Part shown: in pieces, positions 46,475-59,700 of the stretch
Numbering within the stretch: position 1 is the first letter of the stretch
How the letters are laid out: each line of letters begins with the position of its first letter
Origin: the human T2T-CHM13v2.0 reference genome, Homo sapiens
Length of the DNA stretch: 64,000 nt
Reading direction: 5' to 3' (one strand)
Assembly: GCF_009914755.1 (NCBI RefSeq)
Contig: NC_060933.1
Position numbers and translations under genes: made by a program
Notes under the pieces: generated by a model
The model's input: only the letters and a program-made list of their open reading frames with translations
Database searches by the model: none
Told to the model about the DNA's origin: nothing

Positions 46475-47703
46475 AAGAAGATTGAGCTGTCTCAAGGTCA
46501 GTAGACCAGTTATTCTTCCTGTCATCCCACCACAATCCCTGTCCCTCTCCTACATGCCCCTTATTTCCATCCACCCACTGCTGACTGCCTTAGCCATCCT
46601 CCTCCAGCTTCACTCTCATTCTCTCCAAGATAGCATGTACTAAAGTTCTCAAAAATGGAAAAACATACAGATACTTGAATGTCCTGGAAAATGTACTTTT
46701 TAGATGAATGCACAGTAGTGTCTATCTTATGTAAGTTTTTAAGTGGGCTGTCAACTCTACAAGGGACAGAACTCCAATTTTTATTCTTAATCCAACTGGG
46801 TGGGTACAGAAGACCTTGAGTTAGTTGGTTGCATTTCAGAATATTGCAAAACTCAGGGGAAAGTTACAACTGCTCTACCCTTCTCAACAATGTTGCTGAT
46901 ACCTTTTCTCTTTAATAGGCTGTTGAGTAGGGTTGTGAACCTCAGGTAAGAATGGCCAGTCTTAATTCATTACAGCCAGGATTCCCAAGTATTCTGTGGG
47001 AAGCCCAGCTAATGGGGTTCCAGGTGAGTGGGAGCTGCAAGCAAGACTTCAGTGACTTCCTTGTATTCTGATCAAGGATACACCTGGAGTTTCAGGGCTC
47101 TGTGCCAGAGTCAGCTTCAAAGCTGAGCACAGGATACCAAACCACTTACCAGGATGAAGAGGCACAATGCTGAAAAGGCCTGAGGTGGTGAGATTTCCCT
47201 CCCCTTCTGCCACTGTGCCACTCGAGCACCCTGTGACCAGAGTTAGAGGCCACTCACTGACAGCAGGGTGATTTGGCAGTTCTTTCCTTTCTCCAAACCC
47301 TAACAGTCCCATGCGACTCATCTCTAACAGCAGACCAGAACCTGCCTGAGGTTAGGAGCGAGATATTATCCATCTTGATAGTCTCCATGGTGTCTACTTC
47401 CCCTAAATATTTGCACAAAGCATGAGAGATACAAGAAAAACTGTGGCTCAGGCCACTTGCCATTACTTATTTTTCTTCTGAACATAGGAGTGGATGACTA
47501 AATTTTTACACCTGCTGCAAACATTTATAAAGAAAACAACTGTACTCTAGTACTATTCCTCCACATACCCTGTATATCACAGAGCTGTGTGCTTTAAAGT
47601 GCTCCTGTTTGTAAGGGGTTAGGATCTCCCCTGAAAAGAGAGAGTCCTCATGTCAATCATCTGGGAAAGAAACACTGTCTGGGAAGTTAGTATTTAGATT
47701 TAC

Positions 47704-47829
47704 CTCTTTCTGGGCCTTGCTCTCCTGGGTCTGGACTTGTAGTCTGAATGTGTTAGAGGACGCTCCCAGGTGGAAGGGTTAAAGGTGGAAGCCAAGCAGG
47801 AAGAAGAGCTTCCTTATGGGAAACCACAC
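47704..47829 (-). other. PLGRKT: PLGRKT 5'UTR exon 2 (126 nt, non-coding)
   Basis: Minus strand tttatttattctcag|GTGTGGTTTCCC...CCCAGAAAGAG|gtaaat. Good acceptor and donor, lying between the CpG promoter and the ATG exon. Confidence 0.8.
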
Positions 47830-48699
47830 CTGAGAATAAATAAATGCATCACACCTTGTAAATTTCACCCTGGAGTTCAGTATTTTCAACATTCTTTCCT
47901 TTCCCAACTTCCCCATTCCTGGCAAAGTCATTTCCCAAAGTCTGGGAATATTCCGTAGGGTGTCCAGAACACTTTCAGCTATCTCCTCTTGCTCACAAAA
48001 TATGTATCAGAAAATAAGCAAAATTGACCTTGCAATAGGGATAACTTTGATTTCACTCACTTGTATAAGTTAAGTCTTTTAAAAATTCTAACACTTTTCA
48101 CCAGGGGTAAAAAAAAATGTCTTGCTACTTATACAATTTTAAACATCACTGTGTCTCAGAGTGATGTTTTGCAGAGAATGCTGATTTCAATCCCTCTGTC
48201 TTCATTTTCCCTTTGATTCCTTCTGAGATCTTGGAAGGGGTCTTTAATGCTTCAGCCCTGCCTCAGGTGAGCTATAGATTACTATGGGAAGGTGTATTTC
48301 TGGGGAGGAGAAGTGGTGCCTGCAAGTTCCAGACAACCTTTCTTCCGGTCACCCGTGAGTACCTAGATTTGATTTTACTTGGGGGGACATAAAAAATTAA
48401 TTGCATGAATTCTGTCATCGGGATTACCACGCTGACTTATTTCCCGATCAGATGACACATTGCCTGAATGTATGACTGATCGTCTCACCACAGTCATTTT
48501 CAATATTTGCATCCCATTGAAATTAAGCCACATCCCCTTGCAAATTCCAGCCCAGAGCCCACAGCTTCCGGAGGTTTTCTGTAATTAACACCGCCCTTGC
48601 TCCCTGAGGCCAGTTACTGTAATTTAGGTATTCCCCGCAATAGTGTGCTGATTTCTGTTGAGAGCACTGTGCCTGTTTTTCTCAACTCTATTTTAAAGC

Positions 48700-49250
48700 T
48701 ACGGAGAGATCCGGAGTCCACGCCAGGCGACAAGAACGCGCTCTAATGGAACGAAGTTGGCAATACCTATCAGCACCAGGGGCAGTGCGAGAGCCAAGAG
48801 CCGGCGCTCACGAGGAGCGGGCGCCCAGCGCTGCCTGGCAAGCCCGGAGCCCAGGAGATCGCGCTGACTGACATGGCCGGGCTGACCCTTCTCCCCACCC
48901 GCCTGCGGCCGGTGTTCACTCACTGGGCGGCGCTGGTGCCGGGACCAGGCGACCGGTACGCAAACCTCCAGGCCCGGGCTCCTTTCGCCCGCTGCAGGGA
49001 CCGGGCCTCGCTCCGCCCAGCGTCGGGATTGGCGCCCAGACACAGTAGATGACGCACCTCAGCCAATTCGCGCAGCCCTCAGCTTCTTTAAAGAGCCGGC
49101 ACTTCCGCCAGAAGCCGGGTGTGTCCTTCCGGGCCAGGCTCAGTGTTACCAGAGGTGGGAGGGGAAGGTCAAAAGAGGCAAATTCAAAGCCGCGGCGACT
49201 CAGCTGCCAGATTTTTGAGATGAGGCAGAGGAAGCGGAGTGGAATTCTCA
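48700..49250 (-). promoter_or_regulatory. PLGRKT: CpG-island promoter of PLGRKT
   Basis: CpG-dense and GC-rich. CCAAT (49063-49067; ATTGG at ~49028), CRE-like TGACGCA (~49050), ETS cores CACTTCCG (~49099) and CCTTCCGG (~49125), GC box near 49012. Confidence 0.85.
48924..49040 (-). other. PLGRKT: PLGRKT exon 1 (non-coding; 5' end approximate)
   Basis: Inside the CpG island. Minus-strand donor GCCGCCCA|gtgagt at 48924/48923. The TSS cannot be fixed from sequence alone. Confidence 0.7.
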
Positions 49251-50434
49251 ATTAAAGGCCTCTGTCCCCTCATCTGTTAAATTGGCACTATTAAAAAGTC
49301 ATAAAGATAAGACAGAAACGAGAAAGAAGAGAATTGACTGAAATTACCCATTCTTTTTTGAACAGAGCCGTCTTTCTCCCCTGCTGCTCAGAGAGATGTC
49401 GGTCTCGCCTCAACCTCACCAGCAATTTCTATCTTGAATAAGCCACGTCTCTCTCCCAGCCTGAGAGAATGCTTGAATTGTTGGCACTCTGTTCTTTGCT
49501 ACCAAATGGCTTGGAAAAATAGCATGAACGTCACCAGTCTCTGGCCTTCAGGAAAGTCCCTGCTAACCACCACAGCGGTGGAGAAGGCGTCTAACTTTCT
49601 CCAGGCTCAGCGTGTGAGTGCACACCGCCCTGACCTCCTGGGCGCGTCTTGATGCTCTCAACAGCAGCCCTCAGGATTCTGGACTGTGGGTCCCACATTC
49701 CAGATACCATTTGTGGAATGGCTGGATGAGAAAATTGCAACAGCACCCTCATTTCCAGTTAAGGGAATGGGCGGGTTACCAGGAGGTTTGACACTCTTGA
49801 AGGGAGGTTAACAACTGATGCAAGAAGTAAGGAATCGTGTTTGAGTGCACAGACTCTAGCATAAACACACCTACCTTCAATTTCTAGCTCTGTCACTGTC
49901 ACTCTGAATTTATCACCTCTGCAACAGGACTAAAGCCATCTAATTTATTGGATTGTGAGGACTAAAAGATAATATATGTGGGCATTTAGCACAGTGTCGG
50001 GCACATAGTTCGCCTTCCGTAACCAGTAGTAACCAGTAACAGCGGGGAGCTGTTAGTAACTATAGGGCTGAGGGGTGGGGGAAGGAAGCAGTTACTAAAA
50101 CCAGGCGAGAGCGGTAGCTGTGGCTGTACGAGAGAGTAACCAACTGGAACCGTGTCGTTCAGTAGAGGAAAGCAAGCAATGCCAACTTTTCACCAAGTAA
50201 GGTGAGATTCTATAGTTGTAGCCAGTGCTGAGACGTCAGCCCAAAGCAGGGACAGAGTGGAGAAGACCCACCTCTCTGTTCTCCCAGCTCTGATATCCAG
50301 CTGGGGTCTTCCGCTGGCTGGATCCACCAGGAAGCCAGAAGACAGTGGAGCTAGGTCTGTGTAGTCTGTAGAGGTCAGCCTACTAGGCACAATGCCTGGA
50401 GGGAGAAATAGAAAATATCCAGCACACCATTTCT

Positions 50435-50791
50435 TTTTTTTGTTTGTTTTTACACTTTAAGCTCTAGGGTACATGTGCACAACGTGCAGGTTTGTTACCT
50501 ATGTATACATGTGCCGTGTTGGTGTGTTGCACCCATTAAGTTGTCATTTACATTAGGTGTATCTCCTAATGCTATCCCTCCCCCCTCCCCCCACCCCACA
50601 ACAGGCCCCGGTGTGTGATGTCCCCCTTCCTGTGTCCAAGTGTTCTCATTGTTCAATTCCCACCTATGAGTGAGAACATGCGGTGTTTGGTTTTTTGTCC
50701 TTGCGATAGTTTGCTGAGAATGATGGTTTCCAGCTTCATCCACGTCCCTACAAAGGACATGAACTCATCATTTTTTATGGCTGCATAGTAT
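50435..50791 (-). mobile_element. Short L1PA 3' end
   Basis: Antisense L1PA 3'UTR. 17-bp TSD TCCAGCACACCATTTCT at 50418-50434 and 50792-50808. Confidence 0.92.
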
Positions 50792-51438
50792 TCCAGCACA
50801 CCATTTCTACAACCTTGGGTTTATTGTGTTTGGAAGCCTAGATCCAAAGGAAGGAATGCTGCCACTAGAAGACCCCGTCACTGAATTGAATTGAATTTCA
50901 ATTCATTGATTCGAAAGCTGAAACTGCCCTCTGGTCACTTTGATTCCTCACAGTGACAGAATGGTATGATTCATCCCAAATACCAAAAGGAAATTGGGTT
51001 ACATCTATATATTGAGGGCAAGAAGAACTATGCATGACACCTGGAGATTCACTGGGCACTTCTTAATACTGCCGTGTGCCATAATAATGATTATCAGATA
51101 ACTGAAGTAATGCAGAAATTTCAGATCATGAAGAAATTAAAGTGTTGAAGCATACCAGATAAAAAAATCCTGATCTACCTAGGTGTTGGCATAGGGCAGG
51201 GGAAACATAAGTAAATGAGTAGGAAGCTATGATTATTAATTTTAGCCTTGCAACAAGCTCTAGAGGCAGGAATTATAGTAGCTCTCCATTTAAAATGTTA
51301 ATTACTTCTTCCCTGACTCTCTTTTCCTATTACCCTGCATAAAGAGTAGTGGTGGAGATAAATATTACAATTTAGTTTCTGGGTGAGAATGTGCCTGAAC
51401 TGACATCCCCTCAAGGCAATATGGCAGCTGATGAGGCT

Positions 51439-51929
51439 TGTTAAGGAAAATCAAAGCTGGACAATAGCTGTAGCAGTAAAAATAGATTTTTATTCAGCAA
51501 CTTTTGAAATAGGGGGAAAGAGACCTTGGTAAAGAACTGGGCTCAATTCTGAATACAGTAAGGATAAGTGGGGATTTATAGCCGAGGAGCAGGTTGTGTG
51601 GATGGGGGTGGGGTCCGTGGATGGAAAATTACTAAGAAGAGACACCAAGGGTAGGGGAAATCCTTGCTAAACTGACCTAACAGGATTCTTGCTAAAGGTA
51701 GGCCAGGGTAAGCCGACATCACCTGGGGGCTGGTGGGGGTAAGGAATTTGATCAGATATTGAGAGTGGTCAAACATTCAGGGTGGGAAGATCCTCTCTAA
51801 ACTGACTTAGCAGGATTCTTGCCAACACTGATTCTGCAAGGATGAACACTGCAGCCCAAGGTCAATATCTAATCAAGGAGATGGCTTAGAGGAGCCTGAC
51901 TAAAGTTTGGTCGAGGAGAAATCTTGTCA
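51439..51929 (-). mobile_element. Solo LTR (MER31-like)
   Basis: TG...CA bounded, ~490 bp, repeated taaactgac..a.caggattcttgc motifs. Confidence 0.65.
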
Positions 51930-52915
51930 GACTCTGTCATTCTCATATGTAAGGGATGAGCTGCTCTTCATCTGAGCAAAGGAAAAGAATAAATTCTGGG
52001 TGACAAAACAATTAGACTGTCTAGGTTTTCTGTTTGCCTTCCATCATATTCATTCTCCTCACTTCCCTGCCCTGTTCTATACCCCAAAGCTGACCTCTTT
52101 GGACGGCACCACCTGGGCTCTCCTCAGCTGGTTTCCATTTGAGTTTGGACAGCGGGAGGCATTCAGGGAGATGGGAGGCAGGAGGAAAAAGACATCAGGG
52201 TATATTTTCTCTGTTCTTTCTCTGTTTGGGGCTGAGTATCTGGTGGTGGTTGTGTTTCTCCACAATTGCAGCTCTTGGCAAGCAGTCCCTTCTCCATGGC
52301 TCCAGCTCCATGGGCTCTGGAAACACTTTTCTCCTTTGCTATGTAGCCTAGAGAGAGCGCAGTCTTCCTGCTGTTGCTAGACTCTGGATGACTCAACTGG
52401 ATGGTTCTCTTAGTCATACTCCTTTAAGTAGTGTCTTCACTAATATCTCTTTAATCAAACCAACTGAGTAAAATTCTGATTCCTGATGGATACATGTTAA
52501 ACCGAAAACACACATTATAAATTTTCTTGTATGTATGATGTTTTTCATAATTTTAAAACATAAGTGAAAAAAGTGACCATAGAAAAATATGCCCAGGAAA
52601 TTGAAAAAAAAAGTCTTGGTATAGATATTGGACACATTTTATAAAATGTGGAGTAAGAGGGTTAAAGGAAATTTATTTCAGAATCAAATGGCATATAACT
52701 TTAACTGGTATGTGAATTATTTTCAGTTGTATGAATTTGTGAATATATATGTGTACATTTTTATGCATATATATAAATATGTGTTTTATATCATCTTGCA
52801 TTATAACATAAGGATTTTTATGTTGCTACATTGCATTTATATTTACCATTTTTAACAGCTAAAGGATTTTCAATAAGTGTGTATGTAACAACTTCCATTG
52901 CTGGATATTTCTCAG

Positions 52916-53280
52916 TATATATATGTATATATACATATGTGTGTATACATATATATATACATATGTGTATATATACATATGTATGTATATGTATATGTAC
53001 GTATGTATGTGTATATATACATACATGTGTGTATACGCATATATACATATGTGTATATATACACGTATATACATATGTGTATATATACACGTATATACAT
53101 GTGTGTATATACACACGTATATACATGTGTGTATATACATGTGTGTATATACACACGTATATACGTGTGTATATACACACGTATATACATGTGTGTATAT
53201 ACACACGTATATACATGTGTGTATATATACGTGTGTATATATATAAACACATATATATATGCACATGCATATGTATACAC
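52916..53280. repeat. Alternating purine-pyrimidine (TA/CA/TG) compound repeat
   Basis: About 365 bp; source of the Y/I/H/T/C/V ORF artefacts. Confidence 0.95.
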
Positions 53281-53789
53281 TGAGTTAAGTAGTATAAATA
53301 TTTTAGAGAAAATTGATGTAAAATCCTCAACTCATTTGATGCTCCCTATCCCAGGACAGTAAAAATTGCCCAATATTTCCTTGGACCTCCATAAAGAAGC
53401 AGTTTTTCAAAAAATAAAGTGTTTGGAAGTTTAAGATGTGCCTAGCAGTGTCTCCTTTTAACAGAGATGCTTTCACAAGGATTTGAATTTCCCCATTGAG
53501 CTGGGAACCAGGTTTAGCCAAGAACTTCGGTCTGTGAAGGACTGCAAATAGTTGCACAGTGTGGGGCTGAGGCTAGAACCTCCTTAATATTAAACCATTC
53601 TGGGATGGTGCTCCCCAAATTCTGGATTTTAACCTTCACTCCAATCCTGGGGCACCTCTGTAGCTTGGGCATGACCTGGACACAAGCTTTGTGTAAGCCT
53701 TCTTTGGACTTCATCCATTCCTCAACGGTGACACCATGTGGCAGTGTAATATAATGGCATCAGTGGACTCAGATCCTGTTCTCTCCCTA

Positions 53790-54430
53790 CCTAGAGATTT
53801 TTAAGATTAAGATATGTAATTCACAACCATAAAATGTACCACCTTAAATTGTACAATTTATTGGTTTTTCATACATTCAAAAAGTTGTACAACCACCACC
53901 ATTATCTAATTCCATAACATTTTCTTCACCCTAGAAAGAAACCTCATACCTATTAGCAGCCACTCCCCAAACTCCCCATTCTCCCCATTCCCCCAGTTTC
54001 TGGGGACCCCTAACCTACTTTTTGTTTTTATAGATTTGCCTATTCTGGACATTTTATATAAATGGAAGCCTACAATCTATGGCCTTTTGTGTCTGGCTCC
54101 TTTTACTTAGTATGATCAAGGTTCATCCAAGTTGTAGCATGTACCAGTACTTCATTTCTTTTTATGTCTGATTAATGTTCCAATGTATGGATATACCACA
54201 TTTTGTTTATCCATTCAAAATTGTGGGGCATTTGGATTGTTCCCATTTTTTTTGCTGTCATAAATAATGCTGCTAAGTTTTTGTATGAACGTATGTTTTC
54301 AATTCTCTTGGGTATATATGTAAAAGCAGAATTGCTGGGTCATATGGTAACTCTGCATTTAACTTTTTGGAGTTGAACAAATACACCATGCCAGCAGTGA
54401 ATAAGGATGCTGATTTCACTATACCTTTGC
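53790..54430 (-). mobile_element. Ancient L1M 3' region
   Basis: Antisense L1M 3'UTR motifs (atttgcctattctggacattt, ggatataccacattttgtttatccatt). Confidence 0.75.
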
Positions 54431-55319
54431 ACAATAGTTAAGAGCATAAACACTGGAACCAGATGTCTGGGTTCGAATCCCAGCTGTGCTATCTCCTAGC
54501 TGTGTCGTTTAGACAAGTTACTAAAGCTCTGTGCCTCAGTGTCCACATCTCTAAAATAGAGGCAATAATAGTACCTTCCTTACAGGATTGTTGTAAGATT
54601 TAAATGAGCTAATATGTGTAAATCACAAAAATAGGGTCTGACATTTTTTAAATGGTATATGTTTTACCATTGCTGCTATTTTAATCTTTATTATAATTAT
54701 TGTGTTTTGTTTTGTTAATTTGATAGCTTTAAAAGGTAATGATACAGTTTATTGATGTTTGTTATGAAAAGGAGTAATTGGAGAAGATAAAAATGTAAGG
54801 GGTAATAAAGTCAAGGAAGGTTTTTTGAGCTGAAAATGATTATATTTCAGAGTGTAACCTGAATAAAACTGAGGCTTCACATGGCTCAGTCCATGCATGT
54901 AATAGCATTCTAAGAAAACATAAACTGAATGAAAACGTAAACTGTGAAGCATGAAGAATAATGAGGGTCTTCACCTTATGCTTTCTGAAGGAGTCCCCGC
55001 AAATGCTTCACACAGCATATTGAACAAGAAACTCCTAAAATCTTCTCTAGATATTTCTCTCTTTCCTATTTTTTCCCACTGACAGTAGCACCTTATATCT
55101 ATCCTCCTCAACTGCGAGGTCACTACAGCACTATACTAAGCCCCTGTTAACTTCCTTCTCTTGAAACCCATGCAACTCACATGATCCTATTCTCAGCCTG
55201 TGAATCTCAGCCTCCTGCAATCCTGTGAAATTCAACTTGGTCTCCTACTCTGAATGTGTATAAAAATAACAGAGAACAGTTCCTGAACTCTGATGAGTAA
55301 AATGATCTACCTTATTACA

Positions 55320-55750
55320 TGTGGTATTATAATAAATAAATATACATTAATTTCTTTCCCCATTTTCCAGCACACAGCTCCTAAAAGACTTGTAACTTCC
55401 TGAGTGATAGGTATGCTAGGTAAATTTTTTGTTCTATGTGACCTTCGACTCCAGTTCTTGACACAGAGCTCCTGATCCCTTGGAATTTCCATAGTGATAG
55501 GAGCATCTTTCATTCTCCTGAAGTAACTTGGTGGGCTTCTGGATGGGAGCTGGTCACAAGAATGACCAAGCCATGATTAGAAGCTTGGAACTTTCACCTC
55601 CTACCTCATCCTGTGAAAAGGGGAGAGGGGCTGAAGATTGAGGTAACAATTGCTGATGTGTACATGATGAAGTCCCCATAAAAATCCCTAAATGAGGGGA
55701 TTTGGAGAGGTTCTGGAGGTGCTGAACGTGGAGGTGCTTGGAGGGTGGCC
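55320..55750 (+). mobile_element. MER21-like LTR fragment
   Basis: cacagagctcct...cccttggaatttcc...gtgataggagcatctt and gccatgattagaagcttggaactttca. Confidence 0.65.
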
Positions 55751-55868
55751 TATCCAGTTCATCTCCAGAGTTCACACACTCACCTAAGTGCTGATGCCCA
55801 CCTGATGGCATTTCTCAGCCTCCGAGGCTTTCCTTCTTTGTACTTAGTCAAAAGAATGCTCTAATCCA

Positions 55869-56781
55869 GTCTATCATTGATGGGCATTTGGGTTGGTTCC
55901 AAGTCTTTGCTATTGTGAATAGTGCCGCAACAAACATACGTGTGCATGTGTCTTTATAGTAGCATGATTTATAATCCTTTGGGTATATACCCAGTAATGA
56001 GATCGCTGGGTCAAATGGTATTTCTAGTTCTAGATCCTTGAGGAATTACCACACTGTCTTCCACAATGCTTGAACTAGTTTACAGTCCCACCAACAGTGT
56101 AAAAGTGTTCCTATTTCTCCACATCCTCTCCAGCACCTGTTGTTTCCTGACTTTTTAATGATCGCCATTCTAACTGGTGTGAGATGGTATCTCATTGTGG
56201 TTTTGATTTGCATTTGTCTGATGGCCAGTGATGATGAGCATTTTTTCATGTGTCTGTTGGCTACATAAATGTCCTCTTTTGAGAAATGTCTGTTCATATC
56301 CTTCGCCCACTTTGTGATGGGATTGTTTTTCTCTTGTAAATTTGTTTGAGTTCTTTGTAGATTCTGGATATTAGCCCTTTGTCAGATGAGTAGATAGATT
56401 AAGGAAATATGGCACATATACACCATGGAATACTATGCAGCCATAAAAAAGGATGAGTTCATGTTCTTTGTAAGGACATGGATGAAGCTGGAAACCATCA
56501 TTCTCAGCAAACTATTGCAAAAACAAAAAACCAAACACCGCGTGTTCTCACTCATAGGTGGGAATTGAATAATGAGAACACTTGGACACATGGTGGGGAA
56601 CATCACACACTGGAACCTGTCGTGGGGTTGGGGGAGGGGGGAGGGAAAGCATTAGGAGATATACCTAATGTAAATGACGAGTTAATGGGTGCAGCACACC
56701 AACATGGCACATGTATACATATGTAACAAACCTGTACGTTGTGCACATGCACCCTAGAACTTAAAGTATAATAAAAAAAAA
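55869..56781 (+). mobile_element. L1PA 3' fragment with 5' inversion (twin priming)
   Basis: 55869-~56393 is antisense L1 ORF2 end; ~56394-56781 is sense 3'UTR with polyA. TSD AAAAGAAT(g/t)CTCTAATCCA at 55850-55868 and 56778-56796. Confidence 0.92.
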
Positions 56782-59700
56782 GAATTCTCTAATCCATGGA
56801 ATAAGTGTTGAATAATGAAATTCTGATATTGTGTTTAATGATATACTGCACTATTCAGAATATTTGTACTTACCTTCGAGTCTCTCTTCTAAAAGATGCC
56901 AAACCCCCTTACACGAAGTAGAAAACGTCAAATATCTAAATATTGTATCTTAATAATGTTCAAACATTAAATGTTTCAAATATTCCAATGTTTAGAATCA
57001 TAAAAAAAAAACATAAGAATTGTTTTAAAAAAATGCTCTAAACTTAACCCACAGCCCTTCTTGTGAATTTCTCCAAAATAACTGGAGCCTGGTTAATAGC
57101 AAGCCTCAGGAGCATGGCTTTGAAATACTGTCAACATACTGCCACCAATTTCTCCATTTCCAGAAAAGACTGTAATTTTTTCTTTAGAAATCATGATTTT
57201 CTTGATTGGTTTAGACTGGTTTCCAGTAGTTCACTTACCAGGAAAGTTTCTGTTTTGTTTTTAGACTTCCTTAATTTAGAGAATGCACATAATATTGAAA
57301 CTGGCTATAGTATCCTACTCTGGAAAAGCATATTAAATACATACAAATATATATTTAATGTATATAAATACAAATATATATGTAATGTATATAAATATAT
57401 ACAAATATATGTGTGTGTGAGTATGTATCTTCCTTGATTTCCTTTTATCCATTACCACTAATATCCCTCAATAAGTCCTACTGGTTCTACTTCCAAATTA
57501 TATTTTGAACATGCTCTACAGAAACAGCTCCTAAAGATTTTCCAGCCTCCATGAATGTAAGTCCCCTCCATATTCCATTCTTCGTACCACAGCTAGAGTG
57601 GTATTTTTAGAACATTCATCAGGCAACTACCCTGCTCTAAGCCATCTGGTGGCTTTTCATTGCAAGTAGAATGCAACCTCTCCCCTAGTCCTCAAGGCTC
57701 TTCATGATATGATTTGACCCTCCCATCCCTCTTCCTCACTCTCTACCCACAATTCTCTTCTTTTCATCCTTGGAACTTGCCAAGCTTGTTCCACCCGTAT
57801 AGTCTTTGTACCTGTCTCTTCCCATGGCCAAATATGCTCTTTTGGCAGATCTTTCCATGGTTATCTTCATGATTCATTTCTCAGATATCACCTCTTACAC
57901 ATTTCCTGACCACCATAACTAAAGGAACCTCACACCTGTGCACTATACCATATTGCTCTGACTTGTCTTCTTTTTTCTTGTATAGGACTTTTCGGTATCT
58001 GAAATTTTTATTTATTAATTTCTGTTTGGAACATATCTCTCTCAGAGCAGAAAGGTCTTGCTGTCCTTTCAAGGAAATGGTGGGGAAAAGAAAAATTCTC
58101 ATTCTTTTATGATGAGCCTACAAAAATAAATGGGTTAAATGGGTTCTTGATCCAGTTCACCTTAAGTGTGGTTACCAAAGGAAATGATTCACAAGGTGAC
58201 TATTTCATTTGTGTGACACTCACTTATGTTATTAGTTCTAGGATATTAAATCAAGAAATATTTTCTAGGATCCCCTGAAAGAGTATCTCTCAATTGTAAA
58301 CTTTATCTTTAGTGGCATTTTGTTGATTTATTGAGATTCCCTAGATTTAAAATATTTACCACAGAGTGTTCCCCAACTCCCACAGCATTTATCCAGGCCA
58401 TAACTACTTATGTCTGGATTTATGAACTTATTGTGGGTGGGGGAAATTGTTGGAGGTCTCATCTTTGTTTTAAAGTACCTGTGGCATGGGGTCTGCCCTT
58501 TGAAGGCAAGAGCTCTTCACCTGCCCAGCTCTTCCCCAGCTTAGGACAGGAAGGAGAGAGACACAGTGTGAGCGAGAGAAGCATCTGATTGTGAGTGTCA
58601 GATGAGGACAGCTGCTACTCTCTGGTCACCCATACATGTTAATTACCCCTGTCATTTAAACCATTGTTTTGTGTAACTAGAACAAAGTATTCTTTCCACG
58701 AAGTCTGTTTGACACGAGACACATATAGGATGTGAGTCTATGACAAGGGTAGGGGCAACAAATGTGAGGGGTTGGATGGAAACAGAGGAAGAGAAATGAG
58801 CATTGCATAGGGCAGTGGTTTAAAACCCTACATGATCAAAAATAGAACCTGGAGACAAATCTTGATATTGTCTTTATACATAATAAAATGCATTTTAAAA
58901 TATTCGATGCAAACAAAGCAGTTTGTCATGTCTTTTGTTTTGAGTCTCTTTAGTATATGCTGCTTTTGAAGATCAAGAACATTTACTGGAAATTGCTCCT
59001 TCACCAGGAATTTGCTCACATCTCTTCAGGTCCACTTATAAGATCTTGAAATCAGTCCTCCTGAGATCAGTACAAACGAGGATCATCTCTCCTGCTTTAG
59101 AAGCAAAAGTGGCAAGCAGGGTAGACAGAGGCAGAAGGAAGGATGGTACTGATAAATCAGCCAAATTAGATGGAAGAAAGCGAATTACAGCTGTACTTGC
59201 AAAGAACTCTTGGCTCATTTTTTCCCTTAAATATTAAATCACTAGTTTTCAAAACTTCAAATGTGAACATGACTCACCTGAGGACAATGTTAAAATGTTG
59301 ACCTCCAAGACCCTGCCCCCAAGTTTGGATCCCAGGCAGAACCCTGGAATCTGTATTTTAAACATTAACCCCAAGTCGAGTGTAATGCAAGTAACCATCA
59401 GAGACACTCTGAGAAACAGCACATTGGCAATGATGAATTTATATGTCTAAAAATGAATAGAGTAGATGTTACATGAATAGGAAGTGGTGGTATTCAAGAT
59501 GACCATAGTATCTAGCTCTTCAGCCCTGGCTCCCCACTGCTCTTCTCCCATCTCAGCACTTCTCCATCTATTTCGTCCAAATAAAAAAATTCACACAGAG
59601 TTTCAGGACTTAACCCCCCACTCATTAACCATCTGTTTTGCTTTACATATTTTTCTGAGGTAATAAAATTTCTCTTTTTCTAAACACAGCCTGTTTTTCA

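Noticed and set aside
52818-53362. Six overlapping ORFs rich in Y/I/H/T/C/V
   Set aside because: Artefact of the dinucleotide repeat.
58828-59237. Short ORFs on both strands upstream of CD274
   Set aside because: About 60 aa, no recognisable homology or splice support, and next to MER5-like hAT remnants.
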